NCBI RefSeq assembly: GCF_018336915.1
Contig: NZ_CP064923.1
Coordinates: 2,940,001 to 2,972,000 of the forward strand
Direction of reading: 5' to 3'
Length of the DNA: 32,000 bases
Origin: Acaryochloris marina S15
GTDB lineage: Bacteria; Cyanobacteriota; Cyanobacteriia; Thermosynechococcales; Thermosynechococcaceae
The notes under the pieces are model-generated. The model was given only the letters and a program-made list of their open reading frames with translations, was not told the origin of the DNA and ran no database searches. Made by a program: the position numbers and the translations under genes. This document shows positions 1-9,920 of the stretch, in pieces (position 1 is the first letter of the stretch; each line of letters opens with the position of its first letter).

Positions 1-1041
1 GTGGTGGATTCGGGTCTAGTAATATAGCGCTGTAGTCCTTTTTGCTTGAGATTTTGCCCTTGCAGTGCCGCACTGGTATAGGCAATGGCAATCACAATAA
101 CGATAGCCACCAACCGTTCTTGCATGGCTTGAGAGCCTTCGAGACAATAGCCTCCTTTCTTGAAGTCCCGAAACATTTCTTCGATAGAGAAGCGTTTTTG
201 GTAGCTGACGATAGCACTATTGAGGTCACAGAAGTTGGTGAGAATAAACCATGCTTCATCAGGTGCAAACCCCTGATACCGTCGTTTCCACTTGGCTGCC
301 ACATTGAAAGTTCCAAAGCCTTTAGCCTGAGTGACGCGCACATCATTGAGAAATAGCTTTTGACCTGGGACAAGGCCAAACTGTTGGAGTTGTTGAGTAA
401 ACTGCTGAGCCAGAGCCACTTCGGTATTGCGCTTGAGTCGCAGACAAAAGTAGACCTCTTGTTGGCCTAACCACTGCCCCAGCTTGACGGAACAAAACTC
501 TCGGTCACCGAGGATGACCAGACGATAGGCTGATAAATGGCTGATAACTTTGCTTAAAACAGCGGTTTGCTCGTCATAGTTGCTGCTGCCCTTTTTGCAG
601 AGGGCTTCACACCATACGGGAATAGCGCGATGTTGCCAGACCACGCTGACCACCAATAGATTAATCACTCCCCAACTCGTACGGTCGATGACGACATAAA
701 GCTGGGAGCCTTGAGGATACTGCTGGCTCAGCCACAGCTTAACCAGCGGTAGCCCCAAAGCGTTTCAAGCTCAAGGGTCGGTAAGGATAAGAACCGTTGG
801 ATTTTTTTCGGCGACTGTCAAAAAGAATCGGCAGTGGCAGCCCTTCTGCTAGCGTCTCGATTTTGACGCAGCGAAGTGTTTGTAATAGATGAACGAGGAT
901 CTCTAGGAGAAGATACTGGGCAGGAGACAGTTGACGGCGTAAATGGGGTTGGTATAGTGGCAATATCATTGTCAATAAGGTGAGCTGGAGATACATCATT
1001 TGCAGCCCATCTTTTTTCTTATCTATCGGGTTATTGCACAA
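1..1041 (-). pseudogene. IS4-family DDE transposase (element A), frameshifted; C-terminus lies outside the window
   Basis: ORF 739-1041 is identical to 14954-15256. The remainder mirrors 15237-16172, which carries the IS4 Y(2)R(3)E(6)K signature (YQKRFSIEEMFRDFK). Confidence 0.75.
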
Positions 1042-1090
1042 ATAGCAAGGGGTTTACGACGCATGTCGCCCCTTCAGGACAAACACAGAC
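1..1090 (-). mobile_element. IS4-family element A, left-arm copy (partial; continues past window start)
   Basis: Mirror of 14905-16203. Inner terminal repeat catgtcgccccttcag lies at about 1062-1077, the reverse complement of 14918-14933. Confidence 0.7.
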
Positions 1091-1312
1091 CCTTCGTCCT
1101 CGTTTACCAGTGGTCAAAAAAGGGAAATCAAAAATACCTGCGAGTCCAATTGCTGCGTAGTTTGTAGCAACAGACGAAAATCTATCAATTTACTCACTCG
1201 CTAATATCGGGTGAGTAAATTGAGATGTCCAAAATGCTGTTGCAATTCATAGGCAAAAAATTAGATCTGAATCCATACATATCACGAAAGGAATATCGTG
1301 AGCTCATCGGGT

Positions 1313-2176
1313 CTATTCATCCATCTGTCCTTCCTTTTTTTCATTCCTTTTCTCCTTTTGTGTTTTGGGCTTAGATGTAGCGGTTGTTTCACTCGTTGTT
1401 TTATCCTCATCTGAACGGTCATTACTGATGTCCCCTTCTGGCTTCAGGGTCAGTTTACTGGTCAATTTCCTCATGGATTCTCCTCGAAGCGGGACCTTCA
1501 TCGCATCATGAATAATCCGGTCAAGAATGGCATCAGCCAGGGTGGGATCTTGAATTTGTGAGTGCCATTGTTCGAGGGGCATTTGCGTGGCAAATAAACA
1601 GGAAGCTTTACGGAAACGCTCATCTAAGATATCGAGTATTTCTCTAGCCTCAAAGACAGACAGTGGATCTCTAAGCCATTCATCGAGCACGAGTAGATCG
1701 TAAGCCGCTAATTGTTTTCGGAGTTTGGGATAAGACCCATCTCCTTTGGCTAACTTCAACTCCAGAACCAGATCAGCGGTTTTGATATAGCGCACGCTAT
1801 GGCCTTGTTTGCACAAATGATGGGCCAGTACAGCTGACAAGAAAGACTTTCCCACGCCCGTGGGACCAAGCAAAATCAATGACAGATTTTCTTGGAGCCA
1901 ATGGCCTTGAGCAAATTCGAGAAACTGGATCTTTTTGAGCCCTCTGGGCACATCAAAATCCACTGCATCAAGGGTGGCGTGCACCGGCAGTCGAGCTTGC
2001 CGGAGTCGGCGCTGCATCCGTTGGTTTTGTCGTCGGATGTATTCACGCTCTACCATCAAAGCGAGTCGTTCATCGAACGATAGATCATGATAGGTGGGCA
2101 AGGCCTGCTGTTCTCGCCAAGCCTCCAAGAGTTCCGTAAGCTTCATGTGTTGCAGCTGGTCAATCATTGCTTGCAT
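1313..2176 (-). CDS. istB: IS21-family helper ATPase IstB
   Basis: 287 aa; Walker A LLGPTGVGKSF, Walker B LLVLDEW; immediately downstream of the istA fragment, as in IS21 elements. Confidence 0.9.
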   Translation of the reverse strand: MQAMIDQLQHMKLTELLEAWREQQALPTYHDLSFDERLALMVEREYIRRQNQRMQRRLRQARLPVHATLDAVDFDVPRGLKKIQFLEFAQGHWLQENLSLILLGPTGVGKSFLSAVLAHHLCKQGHSVRYIKTADLVLELKLAKGDGSYPKLRKQLAAYDLLVLDEWLRDPLSVFEAREILDILDERFRKASCLFATQMPLEQWHSQIQDPTLADAILDRIIHDAMKVPLRGESMRKLTSKLTLKPEGDISNDRSDEDKTTSETTATSKPKTQKEKRNEKKEGQMDE

Positions 2177-2188
2177 CGTTGTCTCCCC

Positions 2189-2898
2189 CTAAGTTGCTTG
2201 ATAGTATTTGGACCCACGGACATTGGCATGGTGAAGAAGCACCACCTTATGCTCCTCATCCGGTAAGGGGTCAGATTCCAGTTTGTGTTGGAGCATGGAC
2301 TTGAGATAGCGTTGACCCACCATCCCCATGGCATTCGCTCGCTTACAGGCCGCCTCCAATCGCTGAGCACCATGGGTTGTTCTTAGATGTTGCACCCCTT
2401 TCAAAGCACGAAACGCCTGTTCATCATGGGCTTTCTTCTCAAAGATATCTATCACTTGCTGCTTTGTCGCCGGTCCAACATTCTGGGCCCAAGCCAGGAA
2501 GGTCTCTCTCGATTGGGTTTTGTAAGCCAAATGCGCTGGTGGCATATGCCCCTCTTCAGTGGAATGCTGAAACGGCAAGCTAGAACGTTCATGTATCGCA
2601 ATGCGCTGATGGTCATGGAAAATCTGCACCAAAGATTCCGTAATCTTGACGGATACTGATTTCCCCACATATTCATAAGGGACACTGTAATAGTGGCGGT
2701 TCACCTCAATGTGATAATCAAAACTCACTTTTGCGTTCTTAAATTCTCCAAACTCAAACACTTGACTGGGCAAGGGCCTGAGTTCTGGTTGGTCCACTTG
2801 CTCAAATAATTCTCGACGCGAGAGACCATAGGATTTCATGGTCCGATGATTGAGTTTCTCCAGCCCCACTGCGATAGCCTCATTGAGGTGTTTGAAAC
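2189..2898 (-). pseudogene. istA: IS21-family transposase IstA, C-terminal fragment
   Basis: Translation ...KHLNEAIAVGLEKLNHRTMKSYGLSRRELFEQVDQPELRPLP...YYSVPYEYVGKSVSV... is typical of the IstA C-terminal region. It is severed from the rest by element B at 2899. Confidence 0.85.
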
Positions 2899-2931
2899 CT
2901 GACTGCCTGACAGATCTTTGCCTTCCCCTGC

Positions 2932-3882
2932 TCATAAAGCCTTGCACTGTAAAGAGCGGATGTGAGAGAACCAGATTTTGTTGTAGTATTTCTTTTGAGC
3001 TTTTTTAGACGCAAAACACGGTTGTGGATCATGGCAGAGCAAGGGGACTGGCATCAACAACTCCCGTCCTTTATGGACTACCCCCTTGAGCCACCGTAAT
3101 CCAATTTTGAGATAACTAATGCCTCGCCGCCAATGTGGATCAACCTGTTGGCGCAGCCCTTTAATGTGAACAGCCATTCCTTGAGTCGTGCTGAATAGCA
3201 GTGCCACAGCAGCAACCAGATAAAGCCTCTCTAATGCATCAGCACAGCGAATTTTCGACTCTTCTAGCTCAAACACTCCAGACTTACTATCGAGAAATAA
3301 TTCTTCGACCCGAAACCTCAAAGCGTATTGCCACAAGGTCTGTAGCGTGGGTGATTCATCTGTAATCACCGCCCATGGTTCTTTCACTCCTCGGATATTA
3401 GCCAACACCAGATTGCACCGATAGATGCCATCTTCCCAAAGACCGACATTGCGGTAGAGGAGGGCTTCGCCTTTGGATGGCCACAATTGTCGGACTTCTC
3501 TTGGACATTGACGTGGACCATGGAGAAGGACATCACAAGGGACACGCAGACAGTAATGCCAATGGCTCTGTTGTAACCAGCTCATCAGTTGATGGTTCGC
3601 AAACCCACGATCTGCTAACACCATGACATCTGGATGCTGCCGCAATAACCAACGGGCCTGGCGCAATAGCGGTTGATATTCCTCAAAAGCGACAGCTGCA
3701 CTCTTGTGCTCTAATACTTTCCACAACAACGGTACTGCTCTGCCACAGCAGACGACGGATAGATGAATCATGCAATATTCATTCCATAACACCGTTGTAT
3801 CCATTGCCAGGTATAGACGATGAGATTGCCAGTTCTTAAGGGCTAGCAGGACTAGAGGTACATATAGCTTGTTAATAAGCAC
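2932..3882 (-). pseudogene. IS4-family transposase of element B, C-terminal catalytic part
   Basis: 316 aa with LAMDTT, VLADRGF and the YREK signature YALRFRVEELFLDSK. The N-terminal part is displaced to 6108-6338. Confidence 0.85.
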
Positions 3883-4883
3883 TTAGCTAAAATTAATTAC
3901 ATAATCATCGCCATAGGTTTTCAAAACTCTTTCCACATATTCGACCAAAGATGACCACCCCCAGTAGGCACTCATTTCAATCCACTGATATTTCATGAAT
4001 TGCCACAGACGCTCAATCAAATTTAGATGGGGAGAATAGCTTGGTAACTCAAACAAGGTAATTCCCCGTTCGGCCCACTCTGCCTTCATCTCATAGATTG
4101 CTTGGCTCGTATGGATAGGGGCTTGATCCATCACAATGACGGTGGGCAACTCCACGTCAGTAAAGAAGGTATCAATGCAATGACTGACAACCTCACTGGT
4201 GATGGTCTGTTCTGATGTATAAGCATGTAGCCCTTGTCGTCGACTCAAAAACCCCAGAACATTCAAGCGTTTACTTGAACGAGTCGGTATTTCCAGATAA
4301 GTCCCTATGGGTTGCCATCCGTAGGGAATACAGGGGACTAACGAAAAACCACTCTCATCCATAAAGAATAGGTGGATGTCTCCCTTCTCTTCTTGTTTCT
4401 TGAGATGTTCTAACTGCTGTTTTTTTCGAGGTAGTCGGCATATAAAGGCTGGCCTGATGTCCCTTGGCGAAAGCGATGCCAGCTCATATCCATCTGCTTC
4501 AAGACGCGTTTAACGGTGGCCTTTGACACGCGCACTGACCACTGCTGTTCAATCTGAGCTAGCACCCGATTGAGTTGGATGGGAGATGCCTGAGTCCACT
4601 CATAAATCTGCTGTTGTTGGTCGGGATTAAACATCGGTTTTCGACCTCGACCTGGGCGATTATAGAGTCCTGCAAAACCACGGTTATTCCAAGCCTTAAG
4701 CCAGTTGTACACGGTTTTAGGACTCACACTAAAAAGGGAGGCTAAGGTGTAGGGACTCACACCCTGGGCAGACAAAATGAGGCAATGGGCGCGTTGTCTG
4801 ACCTGATGATGGCGACTACAGCGATAAATCCGATGCAATAAGCGTAAGCTTTCGGTGGAGATAGGACGGACAATTGACATCAA
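3883..4883 (-). CDS. IS630-family transposase in two frames (HTH part 4410-4883, DDE part 3883-4362), joined at an A7 run
   Basis: N-terminal HTH region (VSPKTVYNWLKAWNNRGFAGL). C-terminal FFMDESGF...VMDQAPIHTS...LPSYSPHLNLIERLW is the IS630 DDE core. The downstream frame reads KKQQLEHLKKQEEKGDIHLFFMDESGF upstream of the listed ATG. Confidence 0.85.
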
Positions 4884-4934
4884 ATCAATGGATGTAAAAA
4901 AGAGGACTCAGGTAGTTTACAACCTGGAAATTCT

Positions 4935-6075
4935 CTCAGTACAGGACAAAAACTTGAAAGCGTAGACAAAGATAGGGTTCCATGGAGATAACTACCCCTC
5001 ACAATGAAACCCTATGAATCAGGTTACTCTTCTTCGTCAAACCTTGCAGCCCCACTTGCGATGGCATGGTGCTCGATTGAGCTTTGTCGCCTTATTTTTG
5101 ATAGCTCTGTTTCGGGTAAAGACCGTCAACCTTTCAGAATTGGCGACAGGATTTAGAGGTAAAGCGACTCAAGACGCTCACTACAAACGCTTACAACGAT
5201 TCTTCCGTAATTTTGAGCTAGATTACTACGACTTTGCCCATACCGTCGTGTCCTTGATGGATATCCCTGAACCTTGGGTCCTTAGTATTGACCGCACCCA
5301 ATGGCAATTTGGTTCAGTCGTGTTCAATATCCTGACACTAGGAATTGTTCATGAGGGTGTAGCTTTTCCAGTGCTGTGGTGGATGCTAGATAAGAAGGGA
5401 AACTCTAATACTCAAGAACGCATAGAGCTCCTGGATGAATGGCAACAGTTGTTTCCCCAGCGACAGGTCCAGTGCTTGACGGCAGACCGAGAGTTTATGG
5501 GAGAACAGTGGTTTGAATATCTGCTCAAGCAAACTCGCATGCCTTTCCGAATTCGCATTCGTGAAAGTGACAAACTCTCCAAGGGGCGAACAGGTCTCAA
5601 AGGTAAGGTTGTTTTTGCCCATTTGAAACCCAACCAGACTCAGGTACTCAAGAATCGTCGATGCTTATGGGGCCATTGGGTTTATGTTGCTGCACTCAAG
5701 CTTGAGGATGGGAAGCTACTAATTGTTGCGACGGCTCATGCACCTAAAACTGCGATCTCTGATTATGCACATCGGTGGGGGATTGAAACCCTCTTTGGCA
5801 TTTTCAAAACCCGTGGATTTTGTCTCGAATCTACCCATCTACAAGATGTAGAGCGGCTCAGTAAGTTATTCGCATTACTGACTTTGGCTCTGTGCTGGGC
5901 CTTTCGCACTGGACAATGGTTGCATCAACTCAAGCCTCTTAAGCTCAAGAAACATGGCAGGAGAACCAAAAGCATCTTTCGTTATGGCTTTGAGCATCTA
6001 CGAGGCATTGTTCTCAATCTCGACCAGAGGGCAGATGAGTTCCGGGAGGTGTTACCGTTTTTGTCCTGTACTTAG
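4935..6075 (+). mobile_element. IS4-family element C (left-arm copy), 1141 bp, apparently intact
   Basis: 19-bp terminal inverted repeats ctcagtacaggacaaaaac (4935-4953) and gtttttgtcctgtacttag (6057-6075), 1 mismatch. 9-bp target duplication ggaaattct at 4926-4934 and 6076-6084. Confidence 0.9.
5014..6075 (+). CDS. IS4-family DDE transposase of element C (intact, 353 aa)
   Basis: Full-length ORF with SIDRTQW, LTADREF and the YREK signature YAHRWGIETLFGIFK. The stop codon is the last 3 nt of the element. Confidence 0.9.
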   Translation: MNQVTLLRQTLQPHLRWHGARLSFVALFLIALFRVKTVNLSELATGFRGKATQDAHYKRLQRFFRNFELDYYDFAHTVVSLMDIPEPWVLSIDRTQWQFGSVVFNILTLGIVHEGVAFPVLWWMLDKKGNSNTQERIELLDEWQQLFPQRQVQCLTADREFMGEQWFEYLLKQTRMPFRIRIRESDKLSKGRTGLKGKVVFAHLKPNQTQVLKNRRCLWGHWVYVAALKLEDGKLLIVATAHAPKTAISDYAHRWGIETLFGIFKTRGFCLESTHLQDVERLSKLFALLTLALCWAFRTGQWLHQLKPLKLKKHGRRTKSIFRYGFEHLRGIVLNLDQRADEFREVLPFLSCT

Positions 6076-6107
6076 GGAAATTCTATGTAATTAATTTTGT
6101 CCATCTG

Positions 6108-6338
6108 CTTATCAATGCGTTGATTGGCTATAAATCGTTGCCACCGACGCTCGACACTTTGGGCTTTTCTGGCTCGGCAGGGAACATAGGATTCCCAGGC
6201 AGATAAGCTTAAGCGTTCACTACAGATTAAGGCGCTTACCATCCAGCCCAGAGCAATGAGATGGCGCAAATCTCGATAATGGCTGTGTTGACGTAAAAAG
6301 GAAAACAGTTGACGATAAATTTGGGTGGGGCCTGACAT
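6108..6338 (-). pseudogene. IS4-family transposase of element B, N-terminal fragment
   Basis: MSGPTQIYRQLFSFLRQHSHYRDLRHLIALGWMV...RRWQRFIANQRID is a typical IS4 N-terminus. It is cut by the IS630 insertion; the ORF tail 6072-6107 is read-through into IS630/IS4-C sequence. Confidence 0.75.
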
Positions 6339-6444
6339 TTGAATAACGCTGATTTGTGATTAAATCTAGCCTCACATGTCTCTCCACTCTTTTCTCATAA
6401 ACTATGTAAATAAAGGCTTTGACCTACTTCTGTCAGGCAATCAG

Positions 6445-7308
6445 GTTTGAAACTGGTAAAGGTCTGATCTCGTAATGGAGCGAGAATATGACGTTCCACT
6501 TGCTGCACCGCATTCTCCACTTTGGGTTTATCCCGAGGGCATTTAGGACGAGCAGGCAGAATAATCACGTTGTAGTGTTCGGCAAAGTCTTGATAGCTCT
6601 GATTGATACCGGGCTCATAACGACACGGATCTGTGACCCCTGACTTGAGGTTGTCAGGGACGAACGCGACCGGCACTCCACCAAAGAAGGCCAAGGTCCG
6701 TTGATGAGATCCGAGCCAGTTCTTGATGGTTTGGCTTTTGGTCGCCTCTGCATAGGTGTAGTTACTCGCTCCACAGCAGGCGACAAACACTTGGGCTTGA
6801 GTGACCTCACCGGTTTTGGGATGGACCACCGGCACCGTCATACCGCAGTAGTCTACAAAGATTTTTCCGCTCCCTTGTGGGTCTGGCGCATAGACAGCGA
6901 ATGCTGTTTTTTCCACTTACGGTATCGACGGCAAAAGCCACTATAGCTACAGTTCCAGTCTCCTCTCTCTTTACCTTCCATCCACAAAAGACACAAGGTG
7001 ACCCCTTTGCGTTGCATCTCTCGATGCACATACTCGAAGTCAATCCCAGGCTTCTTACGGGAAGACTGACGCTGACCTTTCCCCAGCAGATGCTGGACAT
7101 CACTATCACTCAATCGGCTTAACTGGTCATAACTGAGGGATTGACCCTGGGCACGATGCAGATAGTCTCGAACAGTGGAACGGGAGATTAGACAGCTACG
7201 GGCGATCTCAGATTTATTGTGACCGAGTTTATGTAAACGGATAATTTCGCGGAATTTACTCATGGACAGGGTTGCTCCTTGACGTTTATAGACCATTGCT
7301 GTCTCCAT
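6445..7308 (-). pseudogene. IS21-family transposase IstA, N-terminal HTH plus DDE part, frameshifted at an A5 run
   Basis: ORF 6853-7308 (MSKFREIIRLHKLGHNKSEIARSCLISRSTVRDYL, HTH) and ORF 6395-6916 (IFVDYCGMTVPVV...VPDNLKSGV) are contiguous IstA sequence in two frames. The shift is at ggaaaaatc; one extra A would restore ...GAEKIFVDYCG... Confidence 0.85.
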
Positions 7309-7460
7309 TCCTCTGGCTAATGCACAGAAGTTTAGAGGTTGGCCTGGTCTGGTTAGGGGAATGACCTGTCGAAATGATGGTTAGGGGGTGGCGAAGTTTA
7401 TTGCCATTTGACCGGCGAGGTTGCCCTCCAAAGGGGTGGCGAAGTTTGTGAGAATATGCA

Positions 7461-7659
7461 GACTTTTTGTCCGCTTCCCAAAGCCATCGCCTGAGGGTGG
7501 TTTACTACTGTTACGACTATCCTTGTCAAGACGTTCTTCTAGTCGCTCTATCCGCTCGATAAGACGGGTGACTAGTTCAACAACCGCATCCTCACCTTGA
7601 TGGTAGATTGCTCGAATATCAGATTCACTAATTTTCTGATCAGAGACTTTCTTGTTCAA
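7461..7659 (-). pseudogene. IS66-family transposase, N-terminal fragment only
   Basis: Coiled N-terminus ...LIERIERLEERLDKDSRNSSKPPSGDGFGKRTKSL matches the conserved IS66 TnpC N-terminal region (leucine zipper followed by NSSxPPSxD). Similarity stops abruptly after KSL, where the IS21-like sequence begins. Confidence 0.7.
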
Positions 7660-7910
7660 CGGAAGATCATGGATTGACTGCTGTTGTGCTTAAAACATAG
7701 CGCCAGAGAGAGTTATAACTTCATTCTCAACACAATGATTTAAGCCTGGGCAGTAACAAGTTATTTATAGAAAGAGTTTTAGGTGGCATGCTCTATAAGT
7801 ATTTATTTGGTCTTATTGACATACAAATATGCATAGAGAGTTTAGAAAGATTGTTTTTAGATGCTATTTCCTATAGTAAAGAGCACATTCTCTGCGATAA
7901 ATCTAACTTT

Positions 7911-7979
7911 AGGTGCAATAAATAGGTGCAATAAATAGGTGCAATAAATAGGTGCAATAAATAGGTGCAATAAATAGGT
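7911..7979 (+). repeat. Tandem repeat, 13-bp unit aggtgcaataaat x 5.3
   Basis: Read directly: five perfect head-to-tail copies at 7911-7975, plus a partial copy aggt. Confidence 0.95.
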
Positions 7980-7980
7980 A

Positions 7981-8014
7981 TGGTAATTAATAGTATTAAT
8001 ACTATTAATTACCA
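7981..8014. other. Axis of the palindrome: 34-bp AT-rich perfect palindrome core with no loop
   Basis: tggtaattaatagtatt|aatactattaattacca; the two halves are exact reverse complements. Confidence 0.95.
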
Positions 8015-8015
8015 T

Positions 8016-8084
8016 ACCTATTTATTGCACCTATTTATTGCACCTATTTATTGCACCTATTTATTGCACCTATTTATTGCACCT
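8016..8084 (-). repeat. Mirror copy of the 13-bp x 5.3 tandem repeat
   Basis: atttattgcacct units read directly; reverse complement of 7911-7979. Confidence 0.95.
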
Positions 8085-8335
8085 AAAGTTAGATTTATCG
8101 CAGAGAATGTGCTCTTTACTATAGGAAATAGCATCTAAAAACAATCTTTCTAAACTCTCTATGCATATTTGTATGTCAATAAGACCAAATAAATACTTAT
8201 AGAGCATGCCACCTAAAACTCTTTCTATAAATAACTTGTTACTGCCCAGGCTTAAATCATTGTGTTGAGAATGAAGTTATAACTCTCTCTGGCGCTATGT
8301 TTTAAGCACAACAGCAGTCAATCCATGATCTTCCG

Positions 8336-8534
8336 TTGAACAAGAAAGTCTCTGATCAGAAAATTAGTGAATCTGATATTCGAGCAATCTACCATCAAGG
8401 TGAGGATGCGGTTGTTGAACTAGTCACCCGTCTTATCGAGCGGATAGAGCGACTAGAAGAACGTCTTGACAAGGATAGTCGTAACAGTAGTAAACCACCC
8501 TCAGGCGATGGCTTTGGGAAGCGGACAAAAAGTC
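8336..8534 (+). pseudogene. IS66-family transposase N-terminal fragment (right-arm copy)
   Basis: Protein identical to 7381-7659(-). IS66-like similarity ends after ...GKRTKSL. Confidence 0.7.
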
Positions 8535-8687
8535 TGCATATTCTCACAAACTTCGCCACCCCTTTGGAGGGCAACCTCGCCGGTCAAATGGCAATAAACT
8601 TCGCCACCCCCTAACCATCATTTCGACAGGTCATTCCCCCTAACCAGACCAGGCCAACCTCTAAACTTCTGTGCATTAGCCAGAGGA

Positions 8688-9551
8688 ATGGAGACAGCAA
8701 TGGTCTATAAACGTCAAGGAGCAACCCTGTCCATGAGTAAATTCCGCGAAATTATCCGTTTACATAAACTCGGTCACAATAAATCTGAGATCGCCCGTAG
8801 CTGTCTAATCTCCCGTTCCACTGTTCGAGACTATCTGCATCGTGCCCAGGGTCAATCCCTCAGTTATGACCAGTTAAGCCGATTGAGTGATAGTGATGTC
8901 CAGCATCTGCTGGGGAAAGGTCAGCGTCAGTCTTCCCGTAAGAAGCCTGGGATTGACTTCGAGTATGTGCATCGAGAGATGCAACGCAAAGGGGTCACCT
9001 TGTGTCTTTTGTGGATGGAAGGTAAAGAGAGAGGAGACTGGAACTGTAGCTATAGTGGCTTTTGCCGTCGATACCGTAAGTGGAAAAAACAGCATTCGCT
9101 GTCTATGCGCCAGACCCACAAGGGAGCGGAAAAATCTTTGTAGACTACTGCGGTATGACGGTGCCGGTGGTCCATCCCAAAACCGGTGAGGTCACTCAAG
9201 CCCAAGTGTTTGTCGCCTGCTGTGGAGCGAGTAACTACACCTATGCAGAGGCGACCAAAAGCCAAACCATCAAGAACTGGCTCGGATCTCATCAACGGAC
9301 CTTGGCCTTCTTTGGTGGAGTGCCGGTCGCGTTCGTCCCTGACAACCTCAAGTCAGGGGTCACAGATCCGTGTCGTTATGAGCCCGGTATCAATCAGAGC
9401 TATCAAGACTTTGCCGAACACTACAACGTGATTATTCTGCCTGCTCGTCCTAAATGCCCTCGGGATAAACCCAAAGTGGAGAATGCGGTGCAGCAAGTGG
9501 AACGTCATATTCTCGCTCCATTACGAGATCAGACCTTTACCAGTTTCAAAC
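8688..9551 (+). pseudogene. istA: IstA N-terminal HTH plus DDE part, frameshifted at A5 run 9130-9134, truncated by IS4-B at 9552
   Basis: ORFs 8688-9143 and 9080-9601 are identical to the left-arm ORFs. Real IstA sequence ends at ...RDQTFTSFK. Confidence 0.85.
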
Positions 9552-9657
9552 CTGATTGCCTGACAGAAGTAGGTCAAAGCCTTTATTTACATAGTTTATG
9601 AGAAAAGAGTGGAGAGACATGTGAGGCTAGATTTAATCACAAATCAGCGTTATTCAA

Positions 9658-9888
9658 ATGTCAGGCCCCACCCAAATTTATCGTCAACTGTTTTCCTTTT
9701 TACGTCAACACAGCCATTATCGAGATTTGCGCCATCTCATTGCTCTGGGCTGGATGGTAAGCGCCTTAATCTGTAGTGAACGCTTAAGCTTATCTGCCTG
9801 GGAATCCTATGTTCCCTGCCGAGCCAGAAAAGCCCAAAGTGTCGAGCGTCGGTGGCAACGATTTATAGCCAATCAACGCATTGATAAG
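9658..9888 (+). pseudogene. IS4-B transposase N-terminal fragment
   Basis: Identical to the left-arm fragment; truncated by IS630. Confidence 0.75.
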
Positions 9889-9920
9889 CAGATGGACAAA
9901 ATTAATTACATAGAATTTCC

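Larger units (their letters stand above)
3883..6107 (-). mobile_element. IS630-family element (left-arm copy) carrying IS4-C; boundaries +/- 5 bp
   Basis: 15-bp terminal inverted repeats aaaattaattacata (3889-3903) and tatgtaattaatttt (6084-6098). Encodes a two-frame IS630/Tc1-type transposase. Confidence 0.7.
2899..6444 (-). mobile_element. IS4-family element B (left-arm copy), itself interrupted by IS630 and IS4-C
   Basis: 16-bp terminal inverted repeats: ctgactgcctgacaga (2899-2914) and tctgtcaggcaatcag (6429-6444), 1 mismatch. 9-bp target duplication gtttgaaac at 2890-2898 and 6445-6453. Confidence 0.85.
1091..7460 (-). mobile_element. IS21-family element, left-arm copy, carrying nested insertions (outer boundaries approximate)
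   Basis: Mirror of 8535-14904; contains istB and three istA fragments. Confidence 0.55.

Noticed and set aside
42-379. ORFs 42-356(+) and 92-379(-) and their mirrors 15616-15953
   Set aside because: They lie inside or antisense to the IS4-A transposase reading frame (mirror of 15237-16172). They are shadow ORFs with no motif support.
1892-2685. Small ORFs overlapping istB/istA (1892-2083, 2164-2373, 2377-2583, 2387-2659, 2452-2685) and their right-arm mirrors
   Set aside because: They are alternative-frame or antisense shadows of clearly recognisable IstA/IstB coding sequence.
7911-8084. Possible CRISPR array or a pair of arrays
   Set aside because: The 13-bp units are directly abutting with no spacers and are far shorter than CRISPR repeats. 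This is a simple tandem satellite mirrored by the palindrome.
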